Shown in pieces: positions 42,086 to 55,540 of a stretch of DNA of 64,000 nt. Location: the NCBI RefSeq assembly GCF_009914755.1, contig NC_060928.1; one strand, written 5' to 3'. How positions within the stretch are numbered: position 1 is the stretch's first letter; each line of letters starts with the position of its first letter. Under the pieces are notes generated by a model. The model was not told the origin of the DNA. It did not search any database and was given only the letters and a program-made list of their open reading frames with translations. This stretch comes from the human T2T-CHM13v2.0 reference genome, Homo sapiens. The position numbers and the translations under genes were made by a program.

Positions 42086-43814
42086 TGTAATAAAGTACAT
42101 ATCTCTGTTTTATGGATATTAATGAAAGTAATGAATATCATTGAGTTGCTTAAATTAGGAAAAAATAAAACAAAACAAACTTTGACTTTCTTCTACTTAA
42201 GAATACACTATCCTGGACCACAGTGTCAAATTTGTCTCCTATGTGCTCTAGAGGAACAAAGATAAAACCATAGTCACTACCTTTAAACTACTTGCATACA
42301 TTAAATAACTTAAAACATCATTGGGTAAGTTAACGAGAAAAAGAAAGAAACAAATAAGATTTTTAGTTCATCAACATATGAACAGGATGAAACAACTTAG
42401 AATTGTAAACCTTATAATTTTGTTGCTCTAGGTTATGATAGATGCACAGCTCAAAATTTAGAATAGTATCTGCTTCAATGTTCTACCCTAAATTCAGGCC
42501 ATGTGTTCTTATTTTACATTAAAAAATGTACTCACTATTTCCAGCAGAACAATTTCTCATAAAACTTCTCAAGCATATTACTTTTCCAGTAATAAGAGTG
42601 CTTGCTATACTTTTAGTATGTTTTGGTCTTTATTCAAATAAATTAAGTTGGCCATAGTTTAAGTTGTACTATATTATCTTTTTGGAAAACATAGCCCATG
42701 TTTTTAATTTAATGAAATTACACCACAGGAAGAAGGTGTCAGTTAAACGTTTTGAAAATATTTCCTTACCAGATGTATGATTTCATATAAACTGCCTAAT
42801 TGTCTATTTCTGTATTTGTAAAGAGGACTAACACTTCTGTATACCTTTTTGTGAGAATAAGAAAATTAAAACTTATAAAGTACTTAAGTACTCAATAAAT
42901 ATTAACTTTTATTATTTTACTATTTCTAAAGCCTTCCAAATATAGAAGATAGTGGTAGATAAGTCTGTATTAGGAAGAACAAAAACACCTAGACAGAAAT
43001 TTGTTCAGAAACCTTGTCTTGTTTTCATATCTGTGGATTCCTGTGAAGACCATCCCTCTACCCCCCTTAAAATAGTAAAACTTTTGTACATCCTTAGGTT
43101 TCCAATGACTAGAACTGTTTCTTAGATTGTCAAACAACTTCTGCGATTTGATAGTTTCTGAAATCCAAATGTGCTTCCTGACCTATTGTAATAAGTTTGT
43201 TTAGTACTGCGCTTTGCAAATCCCCTGAAAAATGAACGCTATGCATGTTCAATGAAATATATTTAACTCTATGTAGTTTAGGATTTACTTAAATGACCAA
43301 CTAGGCTTTATTTCATCAGACACAATTTTTTCAGTGACAGTGAAACCATGCATAATAATTCCTTTCAGTTTCAAACCTATTAGATTAATAGATAAAATAT
43401 GTATTTAAATAATAACACTGTACTTATATAAATAAATAAAATGCTCAAAGCAAATAAAAAGTAGCTGTGGCCCAGGAACAAATGGAAAGCCCCTGTTGGT
43501 AGCTGAGACCCAATACATATGGTCACCCAAAGCTAATTTTGAATGCAAGTGTGTCTGGTACTGCAGACTCAACAAGGAGCTGTGGGTGGAACTCCCACCT
43601 CACCTAGTCTGGGGGCAGAGCTGGACTTCAGCCAGACCTGAATGAAGTCTGCGGGCCATCAATACTGCAAGTCCTACTATTTTTAAAATATAAAATAACC
43701 TAATATTACCACATCAATTTTGCCACTGCAATTGAATTCCATTTTAAGATGATGTCAGAGCACAAGATGAACATCCAAATGAAGACTATTCCATATTAAT
43801 GTGAGAAAGGCATT

Positions 43815-44030
43815 CTAGTGTATAGTGAATAACACAGACTGTAGAGTCAGATTGTCAAGGATTGAATTCCAGAACTGCCCACTTCTGTATGTGACTTCTG
43901 GCCTCAGTTTCCTCCTTTGTAAAATATTAATTACAACAGTGCCTACAATGTAGATTTGTGTGAGGATAAAATGAGTGGGTACTTTGAACTCAACCCATTG
44001 CAAATACTGTGGAAGGTTTGTTATTATTAG
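43815..44030 (+). mobile_element. MIR
   Basis: cagactgtagagtcaga...tgtgacttctggcctcagtttcctcctttgtaaaat...gtgaggataaaatgag. Confidence 0.8.
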
Positions 44031-44773
44031 TAAAAAAAAAGTGCTCACCCATTATATGTGAAGCATCTTCTACAGGTTAAGCTTTTGGGAAATTGATGAT
44101 GACAAACAATACCTATTTGGCCACTTGCATATTTAATTTTAAATATTCTCCCTCTATTTTTCTCCCTAGACTTCCATTCTTATTTTTGAATACTTAGGTA
44201 TGATAATGACCCTGAATTGAAGTCTCAACAAAAGTATCACCTTTCAATGTTAGCTGAGAAAGTTTATGCATAACTGTTACTCCTTTGGAAAACAGATTTC
44301 TCCTGGGTGGAATTCATTAGCTCTATCAAATTGTGAGAAATTAAGAGTCCAAGTCTGTAAATGGGCTTTGTTTTTTCTAAAACTTGTTTTGCTTGTACTC
44401 TTTTGTAGGTGGAATCATTATTCACCTAGTTCTTCATGCTGAAGATCCAGATGTTTTCCTTACGCCTTCCTTCTTCCTCACCACCCCTCCCCTGTATACG
44501 ATTACCCCATTTTACTTCTTTGAACCCTCTTTTTAATATTATCGCTATCCTTGTAGACTTCCTTGTCTTTGCTTAGATAGCCAATGCTCCCAGCCACCTC
44601 ACTGGGCTCTCTGCCAGCTGCCCTGACCTTGCAGCCATCTGCCTTCCAGCTGCTAGAAGAAGCCTCCAGCTGCTAGAAGAACATAGACAAGAGTTCAAAA
44701 TATATAAAGAATTTGTATGTTAACACTATTTCTATATTTTAAATGAAAAAATAGTGTTAATAGCATGATAAAC

Positions 44774-44798
44774 TGTGTGTGTGTGTGTGTGTGTGTGT
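44774..44798. repeat. (TG)n microsatellite
   Basis: Read directly from the sequence. Confidence 0.95.
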
Positions 44799-45243
44799 TG
44801 TGGGGAGTGGAGAGTGTGTGTTATGGGGAGTGGAGAATAATGAAAAGGTCCAATCATTCATAAGTGCTGAAACAGTCTGTGACTGTGTTCCATTTTCCAC
44901 CAGTATTTACCCCATCAGGAGATCCAGAGAGTATTAGGCAGAACTCCCTGGTTCAGTAACCATTTAGGTACATCATTTTACAAACTAATGAAAATCAGTC
45001 TTCTCCCTCTCTTCTCCCTGTAGGCCTTTTCCTTGTGTTATTAACCGTAAAGTAGGATGGTATAACTTCAAGCTAAGGAGAAGGGAAAGGGATTTATAAA
45101 GGTTTATAAAGGGCACCGGAAAAATTTGATTCTGTGTGTCACAGAGCAAGGCAATGTAAAAAGCCTATAATTAAGCATGTTTTGTCATTTCATATTAACT
45201 TGTAAGAAGTTCTAGAATTGCTTCCTACTTGCTTCATTCTTCT

Positions 45244-45244
<1 letters not shown>

Positions 45245-45279
<35 letters not shown>

Positions 45280-45405
45280 ACTATGTCTCACCCTGTCGCC
45301 CAGGCTGGAGTGTTTTGGCGCGATCTCGGCTCACTGCAAGCTCCGCCTCCCGGGTTCAACGCCATTCTCCCGCCTCAGCCTCCCGAGTAGCTGGGACTAT
45401 AGGCA
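45245..45405 (-). mobile_element. 5'-truncated AluY (right arm only) with T34 tail
   Basis: AluY diagnostics tgcaagctccgcctcccgggttc..cgccattctc; TSD ttcattct(t/c)ct at 45233-45243 and 45407-45417. Confidence 0.92.
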
Positions 45406-45449
45406 ATTCATTCTCCTTTCTACAAGACAGCGTTAACTTACCATGTTAC

Positions 45450-46737
45450 TGAGAGGTGACAGTGTGCTGGCAGTCCTCACAGCCCTCGCTGGCTCTGGGC
45501 GTCTCCTCTGCCTGGGCTCCCGCTTTGGCGGCACTTGAGGAGCCCCTTCAGCCCGCCGTTGCACTGTGGGAGCGCCTTGCTGGGCTGGCCAAGGCCGGAG
45601 CCGGCTCCCTCAGCTTCCGGGGAGGTGTGGAGGGAGAGGCACGGGCGGGAACCGGGGTTGCGCGCGGTGCTTGCGAGCCAGCGCGAGTTCCGGGTGGGCG
45701 TGGGCTCGGCGGACCCCGCACTCGGAGCAGCCGGCCGGCCCCACTGGCCCGGGCAGTGAGGGGCTTAGCACCTGGGCCAGCAGCTGCTGTGCTCAATTTG
45801 TCGCCGGGCCTTAGCTGCCTTCCAGCGGGGCAGGGCTCGGGACCTGCAGCCCGCCATGCCTGAGCCTCCCCACCCCCTCGGTGGGCTCCTGTGCGGCCCC
45901 AAGCCTCCCCAAGGAGTGCCGCCCCCTGCTCCACGGCACCCAGTCCCATTGACCACCCAAGGGCTGAGGAGTGCGGGCACACGGCACGGGACTGGCAGGC
46001 AGCTCTACCTGCAGCCCTGGTGCGGGATCCACTGGGTGAAGCCACCTGGGCTCCTGAGTCTGGTGGGGACTTGGAGAACCTTTATGTCTACCTAAGGGAT
46101 TGTAAATACACCAATCGGCACTCTGTATCTAGCTCAAGGTTTGTAAACACACCAATCAGCACCCTGTGTCTACCTCAGGGTTTGTGAATGCACCAGTGGA
46201 CACTCTGTATCTAGCTAATCTGGTGGAGACTTGGAGAACCTTTGTGTTGACACTCTGTATCTAGCTAATCTGGTGGGGAGGTGGAGAACCTTTGTGTCTA
46301 GCTCAGGGATTGTAAATGCACCAATCAGCGCCCTGTCAAAACAGACCACTCGGCTCTACCAATCAGCAGGATGTGGGTGGGGCCAGATAAGAGAATAAAA
46401 GCAGACTGCCCGAGCCAGCAATGGCAACCCGCTAGGGTCCCCTTCCACACTGTGGAACCTTCGTTCTTTCGCTCTTTGCAATAAATCTTGCTGCTGCTCA
46501 CTTTTTGGGTCCACGCTGCCTTTATGAGCTGTAACACTCACCGCAAAGGTCTGCAGCTTCACTCCTGAGCCAGTGAGACCACGAACCCACCAGAAGGAAG
46601 AAACTCCGAACACATACGAACATCAGAAGGCACAAACTCCAGACACGCCGCTTTTAAGAACTGTAACACTCACCGCGAGGTGCCGCAGCTTCATTCTTGA
46701 AGTCGGTGAGACCAAGAACCCACCAATTCCGGACACA
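45450..46737 (+). mobile_element. Solo LTR12C (HERV9/ERV9 LTR)
   Basis: tgagaggtgacagtgtgctggcagtcctcacagccctcgct ... cccaccaattccggacaca; GC/CpG-rich 5' part; ~40-bp U3 repeats; TSD TTAC at 45446-45449 and 46738-46741. Confidence 0.96.
46111..46485 (+). promoter_or_regulatory. LTR12C promoter module
   Basis: CCAAT boxes at 46111, 46152, 46321 and 46359; AGATAA 46385-46390; TATA-like AATAAAA 46394-46400; polyA-signal AATAAA 46480-46485. Confidence 0.7.
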
Positions 46738-47130
46738 TTACTTTCTATTTTTATTATTTGTCTATGTCTCTTGCTGTTTTCTTGCTCCTTGGCACATAGT
46801 AGGTACTCCTTTCAATTATTAAGTAAGTGAATAGACAAATTAAATGCATGAGTGATTTAGTAACCCAATTGATCTCCGAAGGTATGTCTTTGGGAAGAAG
46901 AAATTAAACAGCCAAATGCTATACTAGCATTCATTTCAGACAACAAACTAAATGAAATGGCAAAAATATATTCAGAATTATCCCAATGTAGTTTTACTCC
47001 AAACTCTAAGTTTGCTCACACTTCCTTCTTTTGGTTTCTTTAACCCAAACAACTAATCGTTATTCTCAGAGTTGGGGTAAAATGAGAAAGCAAGTACTTA
47101 GATGTTAAATTCTACCATCAATTACTTCAG

Positions 47131-47427
47131 TTTTTGTTTTTTTGACACAGAGTCTTGCTCTGTCGCCCAGGCTGGAGTGCAGTGGCACAATCTTTGCCTT
47201 CACTGCAAGCTCCGCCTCCTGGGTTCACACCATTCTCCTGCCTCAGCCTCCCAAGTAGCTGGGACTACAGGCGCCCACCACCACGCCCTGCTAATTTTTT
47301 GTATTTTTAGTAGAGACGGAGTTTCTCCGTGTTAGCCAGGATAAGTCTCAATCTCCTAACCTTGTGACCCACCCACCTCGGCCTCCCAAAGTGCTGGGAT
47401 TACAGGCATGAGCCACCGTGCCTGGCC
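47131..47427 (-). mobile_element. Alu (AluY-like)
   Basis: tgcaagctccgcctcctgggttcacaccattc...ccgtgttagccaggat diagnostics. Confidence 0.93.
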
Positions 47428-49639
47428 AAAATTCCAGAGCTTTTAAATTTATATCAAATTAAAATCACACCATCAAAATTTTCATGTTCAATTCAAACTA
47501 TCAATGGCCTATATCAATGTAAGATAGATTATAACTTCAATTGACTTTGGCTCAAGTTTTAAAATAATGGACTGTTGCTCATTATGTGATAATGTTTATT
47601 TGTTTCTATGTAACTGAAGCAATTATTAGCTTTTGGGAATTTATGAGATCTTTGTTTGCATACATCTAACAATATGCATTTTTCTTGTCAAATGTTTGGT
47701 GTTTGATTTTTTTTGTCTTCTACATAATCCACTAACCTGGTTGGAATATATAGTGATGTATATATTCAATAAACAGTTGAAGTGCTGTGGATGACATTGT
47801 ATATTTTGAATTACTCCTTCATAAGATGTTAACAAAAGTTATGCATGTTCATGAAAACTTCCAACATTTTTCTTTGTTTTTTTAATAAGAAAATAAATTA
47901 TGTTACTAGTTGCACTGAGAAATTTATTTATATTCTACTTCTTTGAAGGATTAGAAGGTTTATTTGAGTCAATGCATTGATACATGTGTATTTCTCTTCT
48001 CAGTAAATGTATTATGAAGGACTAGAAATTCATAAATTTACACGTAATTTTGAAAAAATATTACTAATGTTTTAAGTAGTTCAAATAAATGACTAAGGAC
48101 AAAAAATACTTCCACTTTTTTACATAAGTAATTCACCTGAAGGACACATAATTTGCTTGAAAATGTACCATCATATCCTAGACTAAGGCTGCAGTTGTAT
48201 TAAATGCTCATTCTAGTCCCATTAAATCCTGATATTCTAAGAATTTATGAGCATTATATCTGGAAAATCTCAATAAAATATATTCAAGCAGGACAGGCAT
48301 ATATGGGATTTTCACTCATTTCACCATATTTCTAATTAAATAATTTCTCCATGTTGAAATACTTATTTATCTGTTTGAAATTTGTCTCTCTGGACCTTCT
48401 AGATCTCGGGTGTTTTTTTCCACATTCAGATTCCGTCTATCTCTGTACTCTGCTGTCACTATGTGTTCATTTGCCAGCTTCTTGCAAAGGGCTGTATACC
48501 TCTATTCCTTACCACTATCACCACCAATTACTCTATCTTCAGCCACATTGAACCAGTTTACATTCTTCGATCATGGCAATTTTACCCCAGGCTTCTGCCC
48601 AAATTTTTCCTTCTTCCCTTCTCTTCTTTTTTTGTGGACAACTCCTACTAACTCTTCAATTTTCAGCTTAGACACCAAATAATACATAGACTTACTTTGC
48701 AACTCATTTGTAATAAAACTCTAAATAGCGACTTAATCATTCTCCACTCTTAGTTGTTTTTATTTTTATTTGCTCAATCATTCATTTTTTATATTATAAA
48801 TATAATTGTGTACCTGCCATGTAACAAGCGGTCTGGCAATGGGGTTCGTGGCTTGTGCATTCTGAAAATAATTAATAGAGATACGTACAAAATGTTAGAA
48901 CAATTCTAAATAACTAGAAAGTAGCTGTACTTGGGAAGTGCAAGGACAATTCTCCAATTACTTCATGAGGGCAAAAATTTTTCTCTTCTTCAATCACTGA
49001 ATCCCCAGTGCACAGAATAATTCCCAACATCTCATAGCTTACTAAATCTCTTAAATAATGGGATAGTCATTCAGGAGTAAAAGGAGGAAGTCAGATGATT
49101 TCCAAATTAACACATAAACTACTTTGTAGGTATTCATTAAAAAATAAGTTAAAAATAATTTAATTTAATTGTACAGATGTTTGAGGCAAAGGTGTGTTAT
49201 CAGTTTAAGACACCTAGATAGTTCTCCACTTCATGACAGAACCAACTTCCCCTTTTTATAACATAGATTATGGGTCTATATTATAAAAATAAGGGTTATA
49301 CCTGATAATATTGATGCTGTTTTCTATCCTGAACTTCAAATCTCTGCGAAAAGAAAAACATTTCTAATACTCTATTCATCAAAACAATCCCATGTTAACT
49401 ATTACCATAAAATCATTATCAGGTTAATTTGAATAGTGTAAGAGTGAATTATAAGCTGTGAGTCTTAAATTACATAATCTAGAAGATTGTTTTATAAGAA
49501 GAAAACTAGAGAAAAGAGCATCCAAAGCTACCAAATGCACATGTATACTCACATATATACACACAAATACATACAAATGTATGTATCAGTATGTAAAGAT
49601 TAATAGTCAATAGTCAACATAATTGTTATTTTAATTGTT

Positions 49640-49770
49640 CAAATTCATACCTCTAGAGCGTGGCACAGAGTCTAAGTAACTTCTCCATGGTTACGTAATT
49701 AGTGAGTGGCAGAGATATTTGACTTGCTGACTCCTAGTTCTGTATTACTTTTACTATACTCTGCTAGCCC
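49640..49770 (-). mobile_element. MIR fragment
   Basis: ggcacagagtctaagtaacttctccatggttac...gtgagtggcagag...tgactcc. Confidence 0.6.
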
Positions 49771-51399
49771 AAGGTCCCTGGAGAATTTGCTGCATACATC
49801 TACTCTGTGCAGTCAAGGTGGATAGCACTCACTGATATTTGTAGGCTGAGGTCTGGTGAATTCTTCTACATCTCTGTATTGGGGTCTGGCATTTCTACTG
49901 CTCAGAAGCCTTCTAAGCTTCAGGTTAAGCTTTGAAAGTTCAGTAATTAGGGTTCTTGATCAGTAAGCAATCAGTAGAGTAGAAGTATAGAGGTTGGCAA
50001 AAATTAAGAGACTTTTTTATTTCCATGCTTTTTTCTCTACTCCCTGACCCAACCTGCCTCACTGTTAAAAACTTTTAAAGAGTGTTTAAGTACTCATTAA
50101 ATCTTGCTGGGAAATTTCTAGCAAGAATTATAGCATGGACCACCCCTTGTCTACAACCACAAGTTTAGAGCTGGGAGATTGAACATTTTCTGGCTGAAAC
50201 AATTCATTGCTTTTTGTCCTGAATGTAAACTTGGCTCAGGAAAAAAAGGTGGGAGCTTTCTTTTCCCGCATGCTTGAGACTTCATATTCCCAGAAGTGAG
50301 GAGAGAAAAGAGTAATGTATCAGGGAGATAGTGTAAAAACACATTACTGTATTAAACATGAGCTGGAGTTCAGGGATATATTTTGTGGGTTTTGTTTCAC
50401 CATCTTGAAATGAACAAGCATAGTTTTATTCTAACAATGCACATATGTTTGTACTTGGTATATTGAAATGATTATTAAGAACATTTGGTTGAAGGGACTG
50501 AGGGCTTCACAAAGACAGTGAGAAGTTCAAGTGAACATCAGATAATTATATTAGGAATTTTGTTGAATGAGTCTTATTTATGTGAGTTTCACAAGATAGT
50601 TAAAAGTACAAAAAGCTTTCCCAAGTGCATTTTCTCAAGGTTTCTTGAGATCAAATTCCAACAGCATGTCCTTTGTTTATGTCCATTTCCAAGCAAATTG
50701 CCAGGTGTTTCAACGTCCTTAAGGAAGTATAATTCATGTGGGGATGTGTGTGAACTCTTCTTTAGCTATTTTATGTTTAAGATGTACATGGTTTTATTTG
50801 TTATTTCCCCCATTGTTTTTATTAAGATTCTAATAATGTGTTTGGGAAAATGAATATGTCTGTTTCTCTTTCCACAAGCAAATCCAGTTTGTGGGTAATT
50901 TTTGAATCATTCTCTCCCATTATTCAATAAATTATACTGTATTTTAACATGAGACAGAACATTGGAGGAATGTTTCTTTTACAGGGAAAATAATATAACA
51001 GAAGAAAGAGAATCTCATGGCTCTAATGCTTGGACTTTTAATTTCTCATTAGCTTATCAGATGGTAACTACTTTCTGTTTAACATGTTAGGCCTGTCAGC
51101 AGACAACATGATAATCTTTAAATATTATTAAAGTATTTTCAATACTAAGCAGAATGTACCAATTACAGGCGTGAAGTGATTTATGAAAATAGATGTAAGG
51201 GTGAAAATTGAGCTTTTTAATGGGTGGTAGATTATCTTATTTCAAGTGTTGGGAAGTTTCCACAATTAAAGAGAAAAGTGTTTATAATAGAAGATAGAAA
51301 TCTTGTCTGAGTGGAGTAAATATTCTTGAGTTTCAAGTTATAATCCCTTTTCTCGCTTTTGAAATTACTGGCAAAAGAACTTAGTGTGAAATTTAACTT

Positions 51400-54300
51400 A
51401 TACTAGCTCAATTAATATTTCTAACTCATTATTGTGGCCTTTCAAATAATCATTTCACTGACCACCACCATTATTAACCTCTCCATTTTATTAACTTCAT
51501 GTTATTGAAGTCTCCTATCTTCTCTTCATCATCGTGAGTGTTTTCAATGACATCATGGTCTTTCCCGCACATTGGAGACTCTTCACTCTCAATTCACCAC
51601 CACCCTCTCCTCCCGACCTCATCTTAGATGACTTTAGTGCCATTATTCATAAGATATTTACAATTATAACTAAAAATATATTTTATAATAACTATCTCCA
51701 TTCCCCTAATCATATCCTAACTTAGTTATTACACTGGGAAAAAGAAAATTGGAAATACTACTATCTGATAACAGCAGGGGTATCCTGTAGCAACTGGTAT
51801 TTGAGGTAGGGAAATAGAAAAGTAAGGGCCTGATTTATAATGTTTGCTGATTATCATGTGGCAAATACTTGCACTGGGGCTAATTGCAAGTTATCACCAT
51901 AATGTCACTGACTACAGAGGTGGGATGACAGTTCCACAATCAGCTCTCTTTAGCTGGTACAGACTGGCTTCAGCACACCATTGGATCATAGATTCATATT
52001 TCTACATTTCTCTTGGCATTTTGTTTTGTTTTCCCAACCCCAAGTTCCTTAAATATCTCTTAGTTGATCTCCTAACTTACTTTTCTTCTGTATTAAATCT
52101 TATTGGCGATTATTTCAAATACAATTCCCAAAAGAATCAAATTCTCCAGCTCCTACCTTTGTACTACACATACCCTTCAAAGCTGATCTGATCTAGGATC
52201 TCTCTTCCCTTGCACCACCAATTCTCCCATTCCTTTGCCCTGACAGTAATGGACTCTGGAGAAAATCGTTCATCTGCATATTAAGATTGCATCTTAGTGC
52301 ACACTGTCTACATTTTGGTGAGTCTTTAGTACTTTTTACCATTCCTTTTTGTTATGCCAATCAGTTCCTTCTATTATTCCCCATAAGAGCTCTCTCAGCC
52401 CTTCATCAGTCTCTGTAGGTCTCTCACTTTAGACCTTTCAGTGAAATTCTTTCTTGAAAGACAGACAGCCCATGAATGATGTTCTTCCTCCCAATTTTAC
52501 TTTTGTTCCTATTTACTCTGCCCTTCCTACTTTCTAGCTGCCTTAGGAAGCAATAAATAAATCTTCCTTTTCAAAACTCAATCCTTATTTTTGCTTTTTT
52601 GAGAGAATCTCACCTTATGTTCTTTATGTGCCTCAATCCATCATTACTCCACTTTCCCCAGAATATTTTTCAATCCCCCTCTTCCTGCTCTTATCCTCCC
52701 CTTGGCCTAAAACCTGATGGAACTATTCCTTGCCTTGAAACTGAAACAAACAAAATTCCTTTCTCAACATGTTTCACATAAAACCACCAAATGTTACTTC
52801 TGTCTCTCATGTTGACCTATAAAAATTTTTTCTGCCTTGGGTTTGTTTTTCTCTTCATCTCTTATTCTTTTCTTTCCTCATGGGAATATAAAATCTATGG
52901 ATTTGTAGGACAATAAAGTTCAGAAAGCCTGCCACTATATCTTTCTTGTTCGTAGTACTTTGCAGTATGCATAGGCAGTAGATATTCATTAGATAAATAT
53001 ATGCCATGATGCCATCATCTCTCCTGAAACTGCTCTCACTTAGGTTATCAACGACTTTTTGTCAAAACTGTCAAAATCTGTATAGCTTTCTGCAGCATGA
53101 AAACCTTCTGGAAACTTTTCCTTCTCAAAACCCTTTTCTTTCTTGATTTCCTTATCCATACTCCATTTGTGGTTTCCCCCTGTCTTTCTGAGCACCCTGT
53201 CTTTTTTATTGGCAAGTTTTCTTCTGGCTACTCCATATTATTTTGATGAGCATCAGTGTTTTTTCCTTTCTTGGTTTTCATCTCTTCCCTGTGGGTTTTT
53301 TTCTAGACATATTAGCTTGTCTATACCTCAATGACAAAATCTATATTTTCAAAGTTACATTAATTAAGAGAGTGTGATATTGATGTAGGATAGGCAAATA
53401 GATCAATGGAAGAGAATAGAAAGTACATGAATAAATTCACCTATATAAGGTCAACTGATTTTTGACAAAGGCACCAGTGCAATTTAATGGGCAATCTTTC
53501 TAAGAAATGATGCTAGATCAACTGGATATATATGTGAAAAAAGCATTAGCCTTGACCCTTACCTAACAATATAAAACTATTCACTTGAGATAGATTATAA
53601 ACAAATGAAAAAGCTAAAACTATCAAGTTAAAGCATAGGAGAATATCTTTGTGACCTAGGGGAAGGCAAATGTTTTCTTACACAAAATTTTAAAATCACA
53701 AAACGTGAAAGAAAAGAATTAACTTCGTTTTATAGCAGTTTTAAAAACCTGCTCATTGGAATATATTATTAGAAAAACAAAAAGTCCTGTAGACTATGAG
53801 GAAATAGTCTCTCTCTGTATGTGTTCAACAAAAGATTCCTACAAATAAATAATAATTTTAAAACAATAAAAGTGGCTAAAAGACCTAGATACCATTTCAA
53901 AAAATAAGACATATAAATGGCCAATAAGCACCAAAAATATGATCAAAGTAATTAGTTATTAGCTACATAAGTTGAAATTACAATGAGCTACTTCAACACA
54001 CCCCACAAAATGACTAAAATTAAAAAGATTGACAGTAGAGACTATGTGTTACAGAGGGCACAAATTAACTGTGCTCTCATTAATTTTTTCTGAATATTAT
54101 ATGATACAGTCATGTTGAAAATCATGTTGGCAACTACTTACAAAGCTGGAAATGCACTTACTTTATGATACAGCAATTCTGATACTAGGTATGTACTCAA
54201 AAGAAATGAAAATGTTTGTGTCCTCCCAAAATTTGTGTGAGAATATTCACTGCAGCTTTACATGTAATTGCAAAGACTATTCACTGCCACTTTACTTAGG

Positions 54301-55205
54301 ATATCAAATAATTAGAAACAAACTAAATATCCATCAAGCGGAGAATGGATAAACATATTGTGGTATATTCATGCAACAGAATATTACTCAGCAACACATT
54401 AATTTAAAGAATGAACTCCTAATACACAAATTAAATATCAAAAACTTCATGTTGAGTGAAAGGAGACAGATCCAAGAAGTCTGTATGATTCCATTTACAT
54501 GAAGTTTAACAACAGACAAAGTTAATTTATGGAGATAGAAATTGGAATAGCTATTGCCCCTGAGAAGAGGGTGATTTTCTATGAAAGATCAAATGGGAAC
54601 CTTCAAAGTTAATGGCAATGTACTGAATTTTGATAGGAATATTGGTAAGACAGTTGTGGGTGTTTATCAAAACTCTTGATCTCTACACTTACTAGTTATA
54701 TATTTTACTCCATTTAATTATACCTCAATTAAAATTAATTAATGAAAATATCAAATTTTATGCCTCATCTCTTTATTGAAATCCAAACCTTTATTACTAG
54801 TTGGTTGTTGAATGTCTCTACCTGGGCAGCTCTATTTCAAATGTAAGATGTTAAATAATGGACTCAGTGTATTTTTTCCGGATCTCAATTTTTCTTCTCC
54901 TGCTGATTTCACTCTTATAGTTGATAGTTTCAACATAGCTTCAGTTAGTTAAATCTCAGGACTTTGGACCCATCTTTGTTTCCTTCTTACCTATTCTATT
55001 TTGTTTGTTGTGATGTCTTATGGGTTTGACCTCCAAACCATACCTTGTATCTTATCCTCTGCTTAGCTCTGCTGCCACTTCTAAAGCTCTTCCTTAGATT
55101 TTGATATAATCCTCTTGATTCAAGTATGATTTCTTTCTATCTCTCATGCAACTTAGGCAAAGGTGAGATCACATCAGTACCTGGCTGTAAGCCCCAATGA
55201 CATTT
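51400..55205 (+). mobile_element. Long degenerate L2 ORF region, interrupted by L1 at 53350-54745
   Basis: Pyrimidine-rich L2-like text (tcctgaaactgctctcacttaggttatcaacgac; ctttctgcagcatg), resuming after the L1 with tgaatgtctctacctggg. Confidence 0.55.
53350..54745 (+). mobile_element. L1ME/MC-like ORF2 end plus 3'UTR
   Basis: gtcaactgatttttgacaaaggcacc; ORF 54152 HLLYDTAILILGMYSKEMK; ends ttatacctcaattaaa. Confidence 0.85.
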
Positions 55206-55211
55206 ATTGTC

Positions 55212-55540
55212 TAGAGCAGAGTTTGAAGCCTGCTGGCCCTCAAACTGGATTCAATCAACGAACAGATTTGATACTTTGCTGTTTTCAAAAGATGTGAATT
55301 TGTTGCTAACTCTTGACAAGTTGTTGAACTCCCATAAATATCCAGATATTTCTGTTTCTCTGAATAAAATCAGAAGGCCTGACTGTATTGGACTTGAGTC
55401 CTCATGGAGCAACAATTGCCTTATGTTGCATTAGGTGATCCCCGCTTTAGGTGGGGGCACACACGAGTCTTTGGCTACTGTCCCTCTCAGCCTCCATTGC
55501 ATGTTCTCCTTCACTCAATTGTTATTATTTTTTACCTGGT
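55212..55540. mobile_element. MER102-like hAT element
   Basis: tgaatttgttgctaac...tatccagatatttctgtttctctgaataaaatcagaagg...ctttaggtgggggcac. Confidence 0.65.

Noticed and set aside
45001-45023. Strong plus-strand acceptor-like pyrimidine tract ending in tag
   Set aside because: No good downstream donor; isolated sites are expected by chance.
45456-46187. Cluster of overlapping ORFs up to 165 aa
   Set aside because: Artefact of GC-rich, stop-poor LTR12C sequence.
46060-46330. Regularly spaced ~40-bp repeats that look array- or CRISPR-like
   Set aside because: These are the known U3 tandem repeats of LTR12; there are no unique spacers or cas genes, and the DNA is eukaryotic.
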